A DNA stretch of 64,000 nt from Chlorokybus atmophyticus (lineage: Eukaryota > Plantae > Mesostigma and Chlorokybus algae): assembly GCA_009103225.1 (NCBI GenBank), contig RHPI01002438.1, forward strand, positions 504,637 through 568,636, read 5' to 3'. This document shows, one piece after another, positions 24,342 through 37,900 of this stretch. The position numbers and the translations under genes were made by a program. Position 1 is the first letter of the stretch. Every line of letters begins with the position of its first letter. The notes beneath the pieces were generated by a model, which searched no databases, was not told the DNA's origin, and worked only from the letters and a program-made list of their open reading frames with translations.

Positions 24342-27300
24342 ATGCTGGCGGTTGCGGGTGTGACGGCGGCGGCGGGAGCTCTGGCGGGGGAAAAGAGGCT
24401 CAGGGTGGCTCGGGATGGGGGAGAGGCCGAGCACCTCGAGGAGGAGGATGCGGAGCAGCAGGCTGGCTCGGAGGATGAGATGATGGGCAGCTGCCCGCGC
24501 TTATCAGATCAGGAGGAGTATGAGGCCATTGATAAGGACCTCGCCTGCCCTATTTGCATGGGCGAGATGCGAGACGCATTCATGACGTCATGCGGCCACA
24601 GCTTCTGCTATGGTTGCATTGTGCAGCATTTGAAATCCCGCTCCAACTGCCCCTGTTGCGCGCAATTTATTTCGCAAGACCATTTGTTCCCAAACTTCTT
24701 GCTCAACAAGGTATTGCATTTTAACATGTGTGATACACTGGAATAGGATGTTGCAAGCTTATACCCACTAAGTCTATGCCTGTTGTGCATTCAATAAGTG
24801 CGGACAAGGTTGCTTTTCGTGGGTGCCAGCAGCATTGTGCACATCCTTCAACTTTGTATGCTGTATGTCTAACAGTTGTTGAAGAAGACAAAACTATCAA
24901 GTGGTGGCTCGAAGGCGCTGTCCCCGGCGCAACAGCTCCGGCACGCCTTGGCCTCAGTGCGTCCTTTATTACAACTGCTGCTGGCCTACCGTGTGCTTTT
25001 GTGGGATGCTTATTCTGTGCCTACTCAGGGATCGGATATCTCTTCCGATGAGATTGAGGCGCTGGTTGGTCTGCTGCAGGAGCGAAGAAAAGTCATGGAG
25101 GTCAGCAAATGGACCCTGAAGTTGTTTGCTTGCTTGCTTGATAGCTTGCTGTGTGCAATGCATGCTGAAAGTGTCCTGAAGTTGCTGTGCTCGTGCTCTT
25201 TCTGCTCCGGTGGCTATATTTGCATGATGTGCATTGTGGACACAGGACGCAGTGGCTTTCTGCATTTGCCAGCATGTTGTGCACAGCTGCACACCTACAT
25301 TGAGTGCACACGAACAGTCTGGTATGCTCGTTGCGCCTGAGCACTTGAGGATGTGTTATCCTGCACACAGTGGTTGTATGCCTTGCTTTCTCTCTTCTCG
25401 AGTTACTAACGATCAGGCTACACAGGCGCAAGATGCTGAGAGCTCCCTTGATTTGGTGATGGACTTCATGCAACGCTCGCGAGCGCACAAAGCGCAGTTG
25501 CTGGCAGAGGTAACACTACATGGATGATTACGAGCACGCTACTAACACATCAGCACAGTCTCCTTACACAACCTAATTGTGTCTGCAGCTGCGCGCTGAT
25601 CTAGACTGCTTAGAGATTGACCTCAGAGCCATTTCTTGCAATCAAGCATCAACCACTGCGCCTGCCACCTCCGATCAGCAGTCTTTTCCACATTCCAGCA
25701 GTCTTGTACAGAGCAACCTGCTTTTTTCAGTCCCTCCCAGCCCAAAAGCATCACAGCCGGTTTCTGGTGTCAGGTGGCCCGGGTCACAGAGCGCTTCCAA
25801 AACAGCTCACAGCAACTGGGGGGCGGTAAGTCCTGTCCTCCAGTCCAGAAAGCACACACCCATACCAGCAATACCAGCTCCTACAAACCGCTCTATGGAC
25901 TCGGCTACTGTAGCAAAGAAGCGGCGAGTATTTTCGCAGTTTGAGGATTTGCAGCAGGCCTACTTGAGGGCCAGACGCAGGCGGCGTGCAGCTGAACCAA
26001 CTGTAGCGAGTAGAGGCGTAGATCAGGGATGGCCTGATGTTGGCGGTGCTGAGCCTGGCAGCTTGGTAGGCCCACATACCACAGTACGCATTGATGCAAG
26101 TGCCGGTGCACCTGCTGCAACAGATGCAACTGGACTAGCAGAGTTCCGGCGGACACTTGCAGCAGTCACGCGGTATGGGCGAATGCAGGTCATGGCAGAG
26201 TTGAGACACAACGACCTCTTTCATTCCAACATTGTGTCGAGTATAGAGTTTGACAAGGATGACGAGCTGTTCGCAACAGCTGGAGTTTCGAAACGGATAA
26301 AGGTGTTTGACTTTGCCTCCCTCGTTGGGGACTGCCAGAGTCAAACCCCCGTCACAGAGATTTCCTGCAGAAGCAAACTCTCATGTCTAAGCTGGAATAA
26401 AGCTGAGAAGACGCACTTAGCAAGCTCTGACTATGAAGGCGTGGTCACACTCTGGGATGTTGCTACCTCACAGGTATGGCGTTCTACTATTATGTGCGCA
26501 TGCCACCATTCTATAGTGAGACAGGATACACATTCAAGATGCACAAAGCTGCTTAGTCCGCTGTACTCTCATAATCCTGGTTGCAAGCACGCTGCGTTAC
26601 TAGGTTCTGATTAGACATGCAGTGCTGTGCAGGTTGCTGATGTGCTGTGGTTTCTGTTGCAGAGTGTCATCGAGTTTGAGGAGCATGAAAAGAGGGTGTG
26701 GAGTGTCGACTTTTCGCGCACGGAACCAAATTTGCTGGTGTCTGGCAGTGATGATGGTAAAGTGAAGGTTTGGTCGGTGAAGCAGGAGAACAGCGTCTTG
26801 AATATTGACACCAAGGCAAACATCTGCTGTGTCAAGTACAACCCAGGCTCTTCGCATCACATAGCTGTGGGTTCTGCTGATCATCACATCCACTCATACG
26901 ACCTTCGCTGCACACGGGAGCCTCTGTATGTGTTTGCTGGTCACCGCAAAGCTGTATCGTATGTGAAGTTCATCAGTAGCACCGAGCTTGCTTCAGCCTC
27001 CACGGATAGCACACTGAGGTTATGGGATGTGCGGGAAAACTACCTGGTAAGTTTTCAACTTGTACTAGCATGTTGCCAAACATGCTAACTGCTGTTGGCC
27101 TGTTTGCTCACAAGTTGGTTGTCATTACAGGTGCGCACGTTGAAAGGCCACACCAATGAGAAGAACTTTGTTGGGTTGGGTGCGAACAGTGACTACATTG
27201 CCTGTGGCAGTGAGACCAACGAGGTCTTTGTGTACTACAAGGCGATGTCCAAGCCAACGTGCACACATCGGTTCCAGTCCAGTTCTGACTCGGATGCGGA

Positions 27301-27415
27301 GGTGGAGGATGACTCGTCACAGTTTATTTCTGCGGTTTGCTGGAAAAGCGACAGCCCCATGATGCTCGCTGCAAACAGCCAGGGCATCATCAAAGTGCTG
27401 TCTTTAGCACCCTAG
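24342..27415 (+). CDS. COP1: E3 ubiquitin ligase COP1 (RING, coiled coil, WD40)
   Basis: RING CPICMGEMRDAFMTSCGHSFCYGCIVQHLKSRSNCPCC; NIVSSIEFDKDDELFATAGVSKRIKVF; EFEEHEKRVWSVDFSRTEP; SASTDSTLRLWDV; GHTNEKNFVGL; C-terminus SQFISAVCWKSDSPMMLAANSQGIIKVL. TAG at 27413-27415. Confidence 0.97.
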
Positions 27416-28789
27416 TTTAGGCATGTTAGCTCGTAGCTGAGGAAAGCCGGGATGTATCATGTAGTGTCTAGTGTTAGCGTGTTGATTGCTGCGCTTAGGT
27501 CAATGATTGAGCTGAATATATTGCTGCATACTGTTCTCTTGAGTGAATATCTTGAGTGACTACATGACGGTTTGCTGGTTGTGCGGCATTCATTGATTGT
27601 CCAAAAATGACAACACATGTGGCCTACACTGTTGGTTGCTATGCACTATGTGCATGCCGCCAGTTGTGCCTAAAATTTTCACACACAAGCATGACATCCA
27701 GCGAATATCCCTTGCGCTGCAGGTGGATTCTTGTTGGGTGGTGGAGTGCATTTGCCTTTGGTCAGGGGCCATGTCACTTGACGGGTTCTAACTAGATAAA
27801 TTTACATTCATACATGTTCACTGCCTGGCAAGGTGCGCACATGCTGCCACCGTACCATACCCCTTATATACAACCAGGGTGTCGGCACACAAGCATTCAA
27901 GCTCAGACCATTGCAACTGATCACCCAGGTCCTCGGTTGCAAACCATACCTTGTGCGCGCAGGTGCTGTTGTCACAACCCCAGCCAGCGCAGTATGCATG
28001 TGGCCGTCGCATTGGTGACATCAAAGCCGAGATTTGATGACTGCATCCTTTTAACACGTGGCAATAGTGTTGGTGAGTACAGAATATGCTGCCAGTAGTG
28101 TGCGGGAGCCGCTGCACGTTATTCGGAGCAAAACAAGTGTTGGAAATGGTTAGGTATGCTGGCAGCACTGACAGCCAACACTTGCATTACAATAATAGAG
28201 GGGTTCCATGACCACCCCCATGCGACATGTACTTGCCATTGGCAACGGAGACCCACGGTGCATTGGGTGAGGACTTCCACAATACGCACCACCTCTGCGC
28301 GAGAAGAGCGGTAATTGGCTGCGGGCTGCCACTGCGCCGGTTAAGCAGCTTCATCACGCTGTTTCAATGTCGTGCGCACTTCAGCGTGCACGGGTGCGGG
28401 CGCTAATGGAGCGAGGTGCAGCGGCACTAGTGGCCATGCCGGGATGGCGCCGTTGACCACGGAGGCGGACGTCACTTTGGCAGCAGCGGGCTGAGGTGAT
28501 ACGCGCAGCACGACGTAGTGATGTGAGGTTGTGTATGTTTGTGCGTGGTGCTAGGTATTATGACAGCGCTCATAGCCAAACCTTGTACAGTTGCCGTAAT
28601 AGAGTTGATGATGAACACTAAAAACACCGTAGTAGCTGCAGCACAACTACTTGGGCACTTTAGTTGAAATATTAGCTTGTGTGTGCACAGGGCACCAGGG
28701 TCGATGTGCCGTGCACGCAATGATAGCGTGACCAGGGTCAGGCTGTGCCCTTTTTTCATAGTGCAGATTACCGTGTGCGTGTGCAGATG

Positions 28790-31700
28790 TTACCTGGGAC
28801 CATGCTTAGAAATCGGTGATAGAAACCCCTGCAGGTGTCTTGAGACCCGCAAGCAAGGCACATTGGTAGAGGTGCAATGTGCACAACTCATATGCACATG
28901 CATCAGGCAGGGCATGATGGCATCTGTTTGCAAACCGTGCACACATCTGCGTGTTGGTCCCCTGCGGCATTATCAGATTGTCCAAGACACTTTACCTATT
29001 GTTCTGGAGCAGGCTGCGTACGCCAATGGATGAGGGTAGCTTGGTGCTACTCTGCTACGGTGATAGCCCTTGCGACGGCGGTTGCGGGTCCATCCATATC
29101 TGCTCCGCTTTGTCTCCTGGCCTGGGTTTCACGACCACAAAGACATACTGAGTTTCTGTGCGAGCAGCGCAACAAAGAAGTTATACCTTTCCGCCATTGG
29201 CTTCTTTGCTCCTGCGTGCAGCACGAACCCTCTCAGCTTGAAGCGTCGAGTCATACTTGCCGCCCATCTGCGGCTGCTGCGGTAATGAACCTCTGCCTGT
29301 AGTAACACATTGCTTGTAATGTTCACGGCTTTCTGCAACAACCGCCTTCAATGCATGCTGCATGTGAGAGCATGCACAATGCAAGCCTCTCTATCGCTGG
29401 CATCATGAAGCAACATTTGATGCTTTTGCAAAGTAACAGTACAGTACCATCATTCAGTGCCGACCGAAGCGCTTCTGCATCCTCAAGCACGTCCATGAGG
29501 TCCTGCTTGAGTGCTGCACATTCGATCTGCTTCTCCCTAGAGCCACACAAAAGATAAGTCAGGTCAAGTCAGGTGGCATGACACATAATGTGCATGAACG
29601 CACCCACCCACGCTTACTCTAACAATTTAAAGGCATTCCCTCACGTACTTGAGAGCAATGTCACAGGCTTCAAGGCGCTCAAGTAAGTACGTGTGCGGTT
29701 GTCGAATGCCCTCCGCACGCCGTTTGGCCACACTCAACTTCTCTTCCATCTGATGATGATGACAAGAGGACTTCTAATGTTGTACTCTTCTGCACTCAGG
29801 ACTGCAAGCTAACTCTGATGCATACTCACCTCTTGGAGGCGCGCATTGCTGGTGTTTAGCTGCTGTGTTACAGCATCGCGCTCCCGCTGTAGCTCGTCTA
29901 ATTGCGCAGCAACCTGACAGACACAGTTCAAGTTCGCACAACAAGCTGTTGCACTGCAGCTCAAAACTCAACTGCACGGTACCTTTTGAGTGTTGTCTTT
30001 GTTGGACTGTTTCCCTACCGCTGCACACAGGATTGGCACACAACATAGCAGTCCGCGGTCAACATGTGTCCAATCCAATGTCAAACCGAACAACAATAAC
30101 CAATGTGTTCACCTTCGTTTGATCTGCCTTCACTGAGCTCGTTGTATAGCTTCCGTGCTGCTTCCAGGGCTCCCTCAAGCTCTGCAACCCTCTTTGATCC
30201 CTCAGCTTCCACCTCCCGACACCTCTCAGTCAAGACAGACACCTACGCAACCACAAAGCGTCAACAACAATAACGACAACAATAAATACAGAAACAACAT
30301 CATTTCATAAGAGAGGTAATGCATCCGTGCCTTTGCTTCGAGGACAGAGCAGCGGGCGTCTGCGGCGCGGCGAGCTTCGGAGCTGTCAGCGAGGAGGGCG
30401 GAGGCGCGGTCGGCCTCGAAGGCGCGGAGCCGCAGCTGCGTGCGGGACTCCGCCATCTCGCTGTCCCACGCCGACTGCGCATCCCGCATCCTGAGAGTAG
30501 CAGCAGAACAACCGTGTCAAGAAACACATCATGCTTGAACAGAAAGTGACCACATTCCCTACTTACCTCGCGAGGATGTCCTCGCGGTCACGCTTGGCCT
30601 CACGCAGTTGAACCGTGAGGGCCTGCGCTTCTATGATGGCGGCGTCCCTCGAGTCCTTGATAATGCTGTTGCAAATGAATGTAGGCAACTTTAGTTCTAG
30701 AATGGAGCACTGTGTGCCAACCAAGTATATGTGGCAATGTAGTAAACACACTGGGGCGTAAGCATCGGGCCAGCAAGAACATGAGTCCTTAAACCCACAA
30801 ACCGTAGCTCGCGCTCAAGGGCCTCCCCGGCCTCCCTCCGAACGCGCTCCAAGTCAGCGGTCGCTGCTTCTCTGATCCTCGCAATCTCGACCTGAGCAAG
30901 AACAGAGCATTCATGACCAACACCATGTCAGCTTCACAATTCATCATCTTCTATGCACTCACGTACGCACGCACACCTCAAGCTTTTGCTCATGGTCAAG
31001 GGCTCTCTCGTCCCTGGCCTTGCCGAAGACCTCTTCGGCAGCCTTGGCAGCGCGCTTGGCATCGGCGGCTTTGATCTTCACGCGCTCTAGCTCGCGCTCG
31101 GTCTGCAAAAGGGACTCCTGCAGCGTCTTCACCTCGCGCCCAAGGTACACCTGGTGTGAAGAATAAGTTCACATGATTGGGGTTGCACCCACACAACATG
31201 TGCGCGCGCACGCACCCACTGTTGGCATCACATTGTGCATGCCTTATCGAGGTGGAGGAGTTCAGCAGCGTGTGTGCGGTCGGCTAGGCGCGTGGCGAGG
31301 CGGTCGCGATCCTCCTGAAGGGCTTTGATCTTGACATCCGCCCCGCCCGCCTCAGCGCTCAGACGCGCGCACTGGGCCTCCAACGCATCCGCCGCCTTCT
31401 TCAACTAGTAAGGATGTGGTGGTCAGAAGCTTGTTTGTTACCTCCACCACCCAACATGATGTTAGCGCTCACCTCATCGTACATTGCGCCCTTGGCGGAG
31501 AGGACCTCCTTCTGCATGATTGTGTCCTCGAGGTCACGCTCCAGGCGCTCCACCCTTGCCTGCATGCATCACCATATGAATAAGGCATTGACACGTGAGC
31601 ATACGTACACGCTGTGTGCATGTGTACCTGCAGCGTGGCGTTGGTGGCAAGGACGTCGCGCGCAGTGGCAGTGGCCTCAGCCGCCTCCCTCTTACCCTCC

Positions 31701-33475
31701 CTTTGCGCCCTTTCCGCCTCCCCCGTGGCCCTCGCCTGCCCCTCCCTGGAGCATGCACATGCACACTTGTATAGAGTGTGTATGCCAATGCATACAACAC
31801 AAGGTGCTGACAATCCTCTCGGCCCCACCTTGCGGCGTCGCGCTCGGCCAGTGCGGTGCGCAGGAGGGCTTCGGTGGCCTTCAGCTCCTCGAAACCGCGG
31901 AGCGCAGCCCAGTCGGCGGGAGAACGATCCCCTGGAGCCAGTGCATTGGCCTCATCATACCTGTCAGCACATGCAAGCAAGCATAAAGCAGAGCCTACAT
32001 GTAATAATGGACCTGTCAGCACTTGTTTGTGTATTGTGTTAACCCAGCATGCGTGATGAATCAGGGCTCACCTTGATTGAGTGCATCTGAGCTCCTGGAT
32101 CTGTTCGATTGCGTTAACGAGTGCTCGCTTGGCGGCCGAGGACGCGCGGCCCTCATCGTGCTGCTGGTCAGCATGACGCGCCTTGAGGTCCGCCAGCTGC
32201 TGGTGTTGCAGGGCGTCGATACGGGCTTGCAACCTGGAGGGGAACGGCTTGCTTGTGTGCATGAACGTCATAACAATGTGTGGCGACTGTAGCGTGCATG
32301 AGCAAAGGGACGCTGCTGGAGTGAACACTCGCGCGTGTGGATGTATAACAGTGACAGCACGATGAAGAGAGGAAGTAATACATGGACGTTTGAGTGACAA
32401 CATAAGCATCAACTGTGACGGGTGCACTCATACAGAGACAATATCAACTGACTCATAGTACAAGAGTATTTGAACTAGCAGTGTTGCCTTGCCTTTGTGT
32501 TTCAAGAACGTGCTGCGACTCCAGCTGCCGCTTCCCACGCGTCAAGGTGGCTAACTGCACGCACATGCAACTCCGGCACGTCAACATTGCATACCACATG
32601 CATACAGGTCCATCCACCTGTCCTGCACAGCACCTGTTCCTGGAGCAGGGCAGTGCGGCGACGGAACTCCTCCGCCAGCTTGCGCGTGGTATCAACCACA
32701 ACAGATTGGCCATTGAACTCACTTGACTCACTCCCTGCACAAGACATATGCACAACACTTCGCTATACTGCATGCGGTTGGGGTTTGGTCCAGTTGTGTA
32801 CGCACGCGAGTCTGATGGTGTGTGAGCCGAGGAAGCCTCATCCTGCTCCCTGTCCTCGCTTCTACCGGCAAGCATGGCGATTGGCTCTTCTGAGGCAGCA
32901 TACTGCAGCATACACGCTCACGTAAGCTTGAGTATATTGATGTTGTTGTTGGGGGTGACCGAAAAGGGGTATAGCAAGTAGTGTATGTGCAATGTTCAAC
33001 CAGGCAACAGCCATGTGCATGCTTGACACTAACACGTACAGCCAGCCTGCAACTGAGAGAGGAGCGGTTGCAAGCATGGTTGTGCATCGCATGTTGACTG
33101 ACCGTTCCTCCTGCTATCTCTACCGTGCATGATTGTGCATGCTTCAGGAAAGACGTGTGTCCACATTGTGGGATGTGGAGTGTATACGCATGGTAAGCAC
33201 ACGATTCTGCTTGCATGCATATAGTACAGAACAACCAACCGCGGTGAAACAGTTATGCCCACTTGAAAGCACGCGCAAAAGGGGGGGGAAGGGGGGGGGA
33301 AGTTATAACGTTATGTATGGTCATGATCTCAGCGTACCTGATCATCGTTATCGCTGCCGTCCTCACCCTCGCCCACACCGAGGTCCTCCTCGTCGTCGTC
33401 AGAGGCGGAGGCGCGCAGGTCGCGCAGCAGCCGCGTCAGCCTCTTCTTCGCACTGCTACCGCCGCCTCCGCTCAT
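28790..33475 (-). CDS. Large multi-exon coiled-coil protein of unknown family; 3' end uncertain
   Basis: ATG 33475 MSGGGGSSAKKRLTRLLRDLRASASDDDEEDL, followed by about 15 GT-AG exons with heptad-like helical sequence (e.g. EVKTLQESLLQTERELERVKIKAADAKRAAKAAEE; LKQDLMDVLEDAEALRSALND). Confidence 0.7.
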
Positions 33476-34950
33476 TCCCTTACCTCTCACTCTGTTTAAA
33501 CAAACACCGCTTGCACCAGCTGTACGCTAGCTTATGTCGCTGTGTTTCAACCCAATATGTGTGACACCGACACTCACCAATTACCAATCACACTTGCAAG
33601 CTGTCTCTTTCGGCATCAAGCTGGTACTGTAATATGTAGTTACGCCTCTCTGTGCTGGCCTTTCAAGCATTGCAAACTGGCAGCGGAGCGGTCACAGAGG
33701 GCAAAACACTCGTACGTCAAAGCTTCAAGAATTCGTGCTGTTTAACAGCGCCTGTGCATTGCGTGGCAGTTGTTTCGGTGCGCATTGCAATTCTGTCACA
33801 TATAAGCTAACTACACTTGCTGTGACATAAACAATGCTTGTAGTTCGTGTCACACTGCAAGCAAGCGAAGCAGTCTGCTTGAAGCAAGTTGTTGCTACAA
33901 GCAGACAGCACAAAGGGCGGGTACAGAAACGCAAATGCGCGCAATTGCTGACATCTCTCGTTACCGCCACGCATCGACGTCAGCCCTCGGATCCGAACTG
34001 CCTAGTTAATCGGACGGTCCCGATGCTCCCGTGCGATCCGTGCAACGGGCAGACTGCGCGATATCGGCGTTATGCGTCGCGTTTAGGGACATCATCCGCG
34101 TGGTTGGTGGAGTCAGCGTTGTTGGCGGTGTGGGCGGCAGCGAGGTGGAGAAGGGAGCTACTCGAAGCTTGTGGCTTGACGCTGTCTTGTACATAGCGTT
34201 TGGGGGATCTGGCGTTGCTGGTGTGTTGGTTTATGGGCTGGAATTGAGCTGGTGGAGGGTGTGTGATGGCCCCGGAGGACGCTGGGGCCGGGGCGGCGGC
34301 TGCGGCGGCGTCAGGAACGAGGTGAACGTTGTTCAGTGTTGTTTTCTGCGCGCTAGTCTGTTTGTGAAACAGGACCGCCAGCATCATCTTCCTTGGATCT
34401 GGTCAGAACGGCCCTGCACGGTTAGGGTTTGCTCGCAGCAGCATGAAGCTGTCCGCACTATCACTTTTGTTGGCGAGATGTGTGACAATTGTGCCTAAGC
34501 TTCAGTCTTGACAGACGCAGTATCCGTTCAGCTGCCGAAATAGCTCGTGGTGTAGGTGTAAAACTTGATCGTACACTGCCCAAGTGCTAGCCACGGCCAG
34601 CGTTCGCTTGCTGCATAGCCCAATTTGCAAGTTGTGTGACTTTCAGCTGTTTCAGTGATTGCTGGCTGGTGGTGGGCAATAAACAGTCGCTCAAGGGCAG
34701 CTATGCTTGGTGGCTTTGGGGTAACTTGCAGTTCATGAAGCAATGTGGTGCAGATCACCGCAGGGTTGTACATTTGTTAGGTAGATGGTAGCAACTTTGC
34801 TACAAACTGAATCAGGTGTTTAGTTGTCAGTCTGCATACTGTTGGGATTGTGGTGAAGTCAACCAAGTCATCAACACTTGGTGTTAGTGGCATTGCCCGT
34901 GAGGTGTCGTGTTGTGCTTGCGAATGCAGTCCTTATGGTGCGTTGTGCAG

Positions 34951-37900
34951 GGCAAACAGGAGAATACAACATACACGCGAGGAGCTCTTGTCGCTAGGAA
35001 AACGGGCAGCTTGCCAGCAGTGTCCACCCGGACTGGACACAAGCATTTTCAAGTAAGTCATGGACCTTGTCACATATGCCTGCCATGAAAGTGTTCCGTA
35101 TGCTGTCCACTTTATCATGCTGGGATGAGCAACACCGTGATTGACAACTGTGGCTGCTGCCGTTGCTACGCGCAGAGAGTTGTCATCACGAGATGCGCAA
35201 GATGTTTGGCTTGGAACTGGGCGAGTGCCTGCCAGGTACGTGCGTGTTGCATAGTGCAGATTAGAGCAGTCCATGTCGCTATTAGGGGAGCGGTCTATTT
35301 GGTCTAGGCGCCCATTCCTCGTTTGTTCCATGGGTCAGTCATTCCCTTTCAGCCCGCTCTCTATATTGTGATGATGACTGAGGCCGATTGAAACGGGCAG
35401 CAGTCGAGGGCTGCTCTCAACTAGTTGAGCTTTGCTTGGGTTGCAAGTCCTGACTATTGTCGTTTTTTTGTTCCGCAGTGAACCCCGTCAGGCGGAAGTT
35501 ATTCCGGCATGGCGACGAAAGGACGTGCCTCGTGAGAATGGAGATGTGGACTCGGTTCTCGCAGGTTACGAGCCACGCTCTTGGGATCGTGAAGCTGGCA
35601 AGGACCGTCCAGTTCTGGGCAGGCCACTCGTCCAAGGGCCGCCGGTTGGCGCACGGGATTTTGACAGCGCAGGCGGCCAAATACGAGTAGCGCAGTTTGG
35701 CAGCCGCAGTTTGTCGAGCAGAGACAGCGGTGAGCAATGCTGGTGATGCCCCTTTTCCTTACTGTACACTTCATCGCTTAAGTGGTATGCTTCATGCACT
35801 TTGCAGTGCAAAGCTATATGCACAAGCTATGTGCATAAGCGTTTGCCAACTCTTAATGGAACTTTATCCATGGTATGTTTGTTGGATGCCAGGAGATTCT
35901 TTGCTGTTCAGCCCTCCAAAGAGCATGCTGTCGTCGTCTCCTGCATCCTTGCGACCACGCTGGGGTCAGGATGAACGGCCAACCATGCGCGCTGTTAACG
36001 GAACCGGTGAATACTCGCCGCCACGAGGGCGTGGAAGGGGAATGCCATTGCGCGCTGAACGCCATTCGGTATGCTCACAATGTAACCATAGACAAGCTGC
36101 GCATGCTCAGTGCTTACGATTGGCCACTGACAGCTGGATGTTCCGCGACGCCCTCGTGTTGATGACGGCCCCGTCGCTTTTGCTGGTAGAGGTGGTCGCC
36201 CGACAATGCCTGGTGCCAGGGTGCCTCGTGATAGTGCGGAACGGGAGTGGGACAGGGATAAGGACCGTTTTGGGCCAAGCAGTTGGGATCAATCACGCGA
36301 GTATGATAGGGACTGGGACCGTGGGGGCTCACACGAGAAGCCAGCATGGAAACCAGAGTGGGACCGTGTTGATGCAGGCTTAGATGGGGCAGCAGAGCAA
36401 TCTGCGCAAAACCGCAAAGGTATTCAAGAGGAAGCTAGAGCTTTAACCAACATCGTGGATGGCAGGCTACAGCTGGGATTGGTTGTTGTCTAACACATCC
36501 TCTCACCAACCTGTTGCACATGGCAGAGGCGTTTGAAGCAGAACTGGCGAGGTATCGAGAACAGGCACACCGTGAACGCAACACAGCATCATCATCAAAG
36601 CCGGACACAGCCAAGCCTGATGATAGAGCAGATGTCAAACAAGCTCAGGCCAGTGCTCCCGTTGAGGTGCGCAAGCCAAATTACATTGACGCATGACCGT
36701 TGCTTACCAACCAGTTGCAGGTGCTGACACTGCTTTTGCAGATCCAGCAGGCAGATACACCTCAGAAACAAAAACAGGAAGATGGTGCTGGCAGTGTCCC
36801 ACAACGTGCTGCCTCGCCGTGGAATGTAGATAAGCTGTTTGACCCGTCGGCAGGTCTTTCTTCACTTCTAGGCATAGGTTCTGGAAGCCCTGCACCAAGC
36901 CAGGTGCGCACAGCATGGATGTTTGCGGAACACGTGTTTAAGCAGGGAAACTGGTTGCTAATTAGCATTGGCGCAGGATGAGACCCGAAGCGCTGACGAA
37001 GTTGACGGGGGCAGCGAAAGTGGACTGTCCAAGTTTGCCCGATGGTTCAAGCAGGATAGTAAGTTGGATTGTGGTGTGAGTTTGCTGGTTGCTACAGTTT
37101 GTCAGGTTGCTGGCCTCTGGCAACCTGCCTGGCGACTTGCACGGACCCCTATGATAGGGTATGACCCTTCTTGTTGCATTGTCAGGTTCAGCAGAGCAGT
37201 CAAGCTCAGCAGCACCTCCTGAAAAGGGCAAGTCAAGGGCATCCCCAGCATTAGAGGTTGCAGTTCCAGCACCCACACAAACTGGACAGTCGCGGCTATT
37301 CGCTCTGTTTCAAAACATGGGAGCCACCAGCGCTTCAGCAACACCTCCAGCCTCCACCACCCCGCCACTACCTGTGGCTGGTGGGAACGTGTTGTCATTG
37401 GATGAGCTGGAACGCTCCCTGTCATCGCAAGCGGACGACAGCCGTGGCAACAAAGCGGGCGCAACACAGCAGCAGTACAGTGAGAGTTTAAGATCGCCTT
37501 CTGGCGGCCTGGCAGAGATGTTTCGCAAGGCGGCGGAAACGCCACCGCCATCACAGGCGGAACAAACAGCCCCGCCAGCTTCATTGCCAGGCGTGCCCGC
37601 AAACTTCAGGACGCTTGATGACATCGAGCGCGACCACTACAAGGAGCAGGACCGCATGCCGGTTGGACCGCCTCAAGCTGCAGGGGCAGCTGCACAGCAT
37701 CTGCTGTCGCTGCTTGCAAGCGCTGGAGCCCGCCAGCAAAGCCCCGCACCTCAGCTCAACCTTCCGCCAGAGCTGACCGGCGCAGCGCCGCTTTCTGCCG
37801 GGCGTGCAGACGAACGCGTTGCTCCTGGCAAGGCAGCGAAAGCACGGGTAGGTTCTGCAGGGGGAAAGGAAGGGCGACCCCAAGCCGCCACGGCCCAGCC

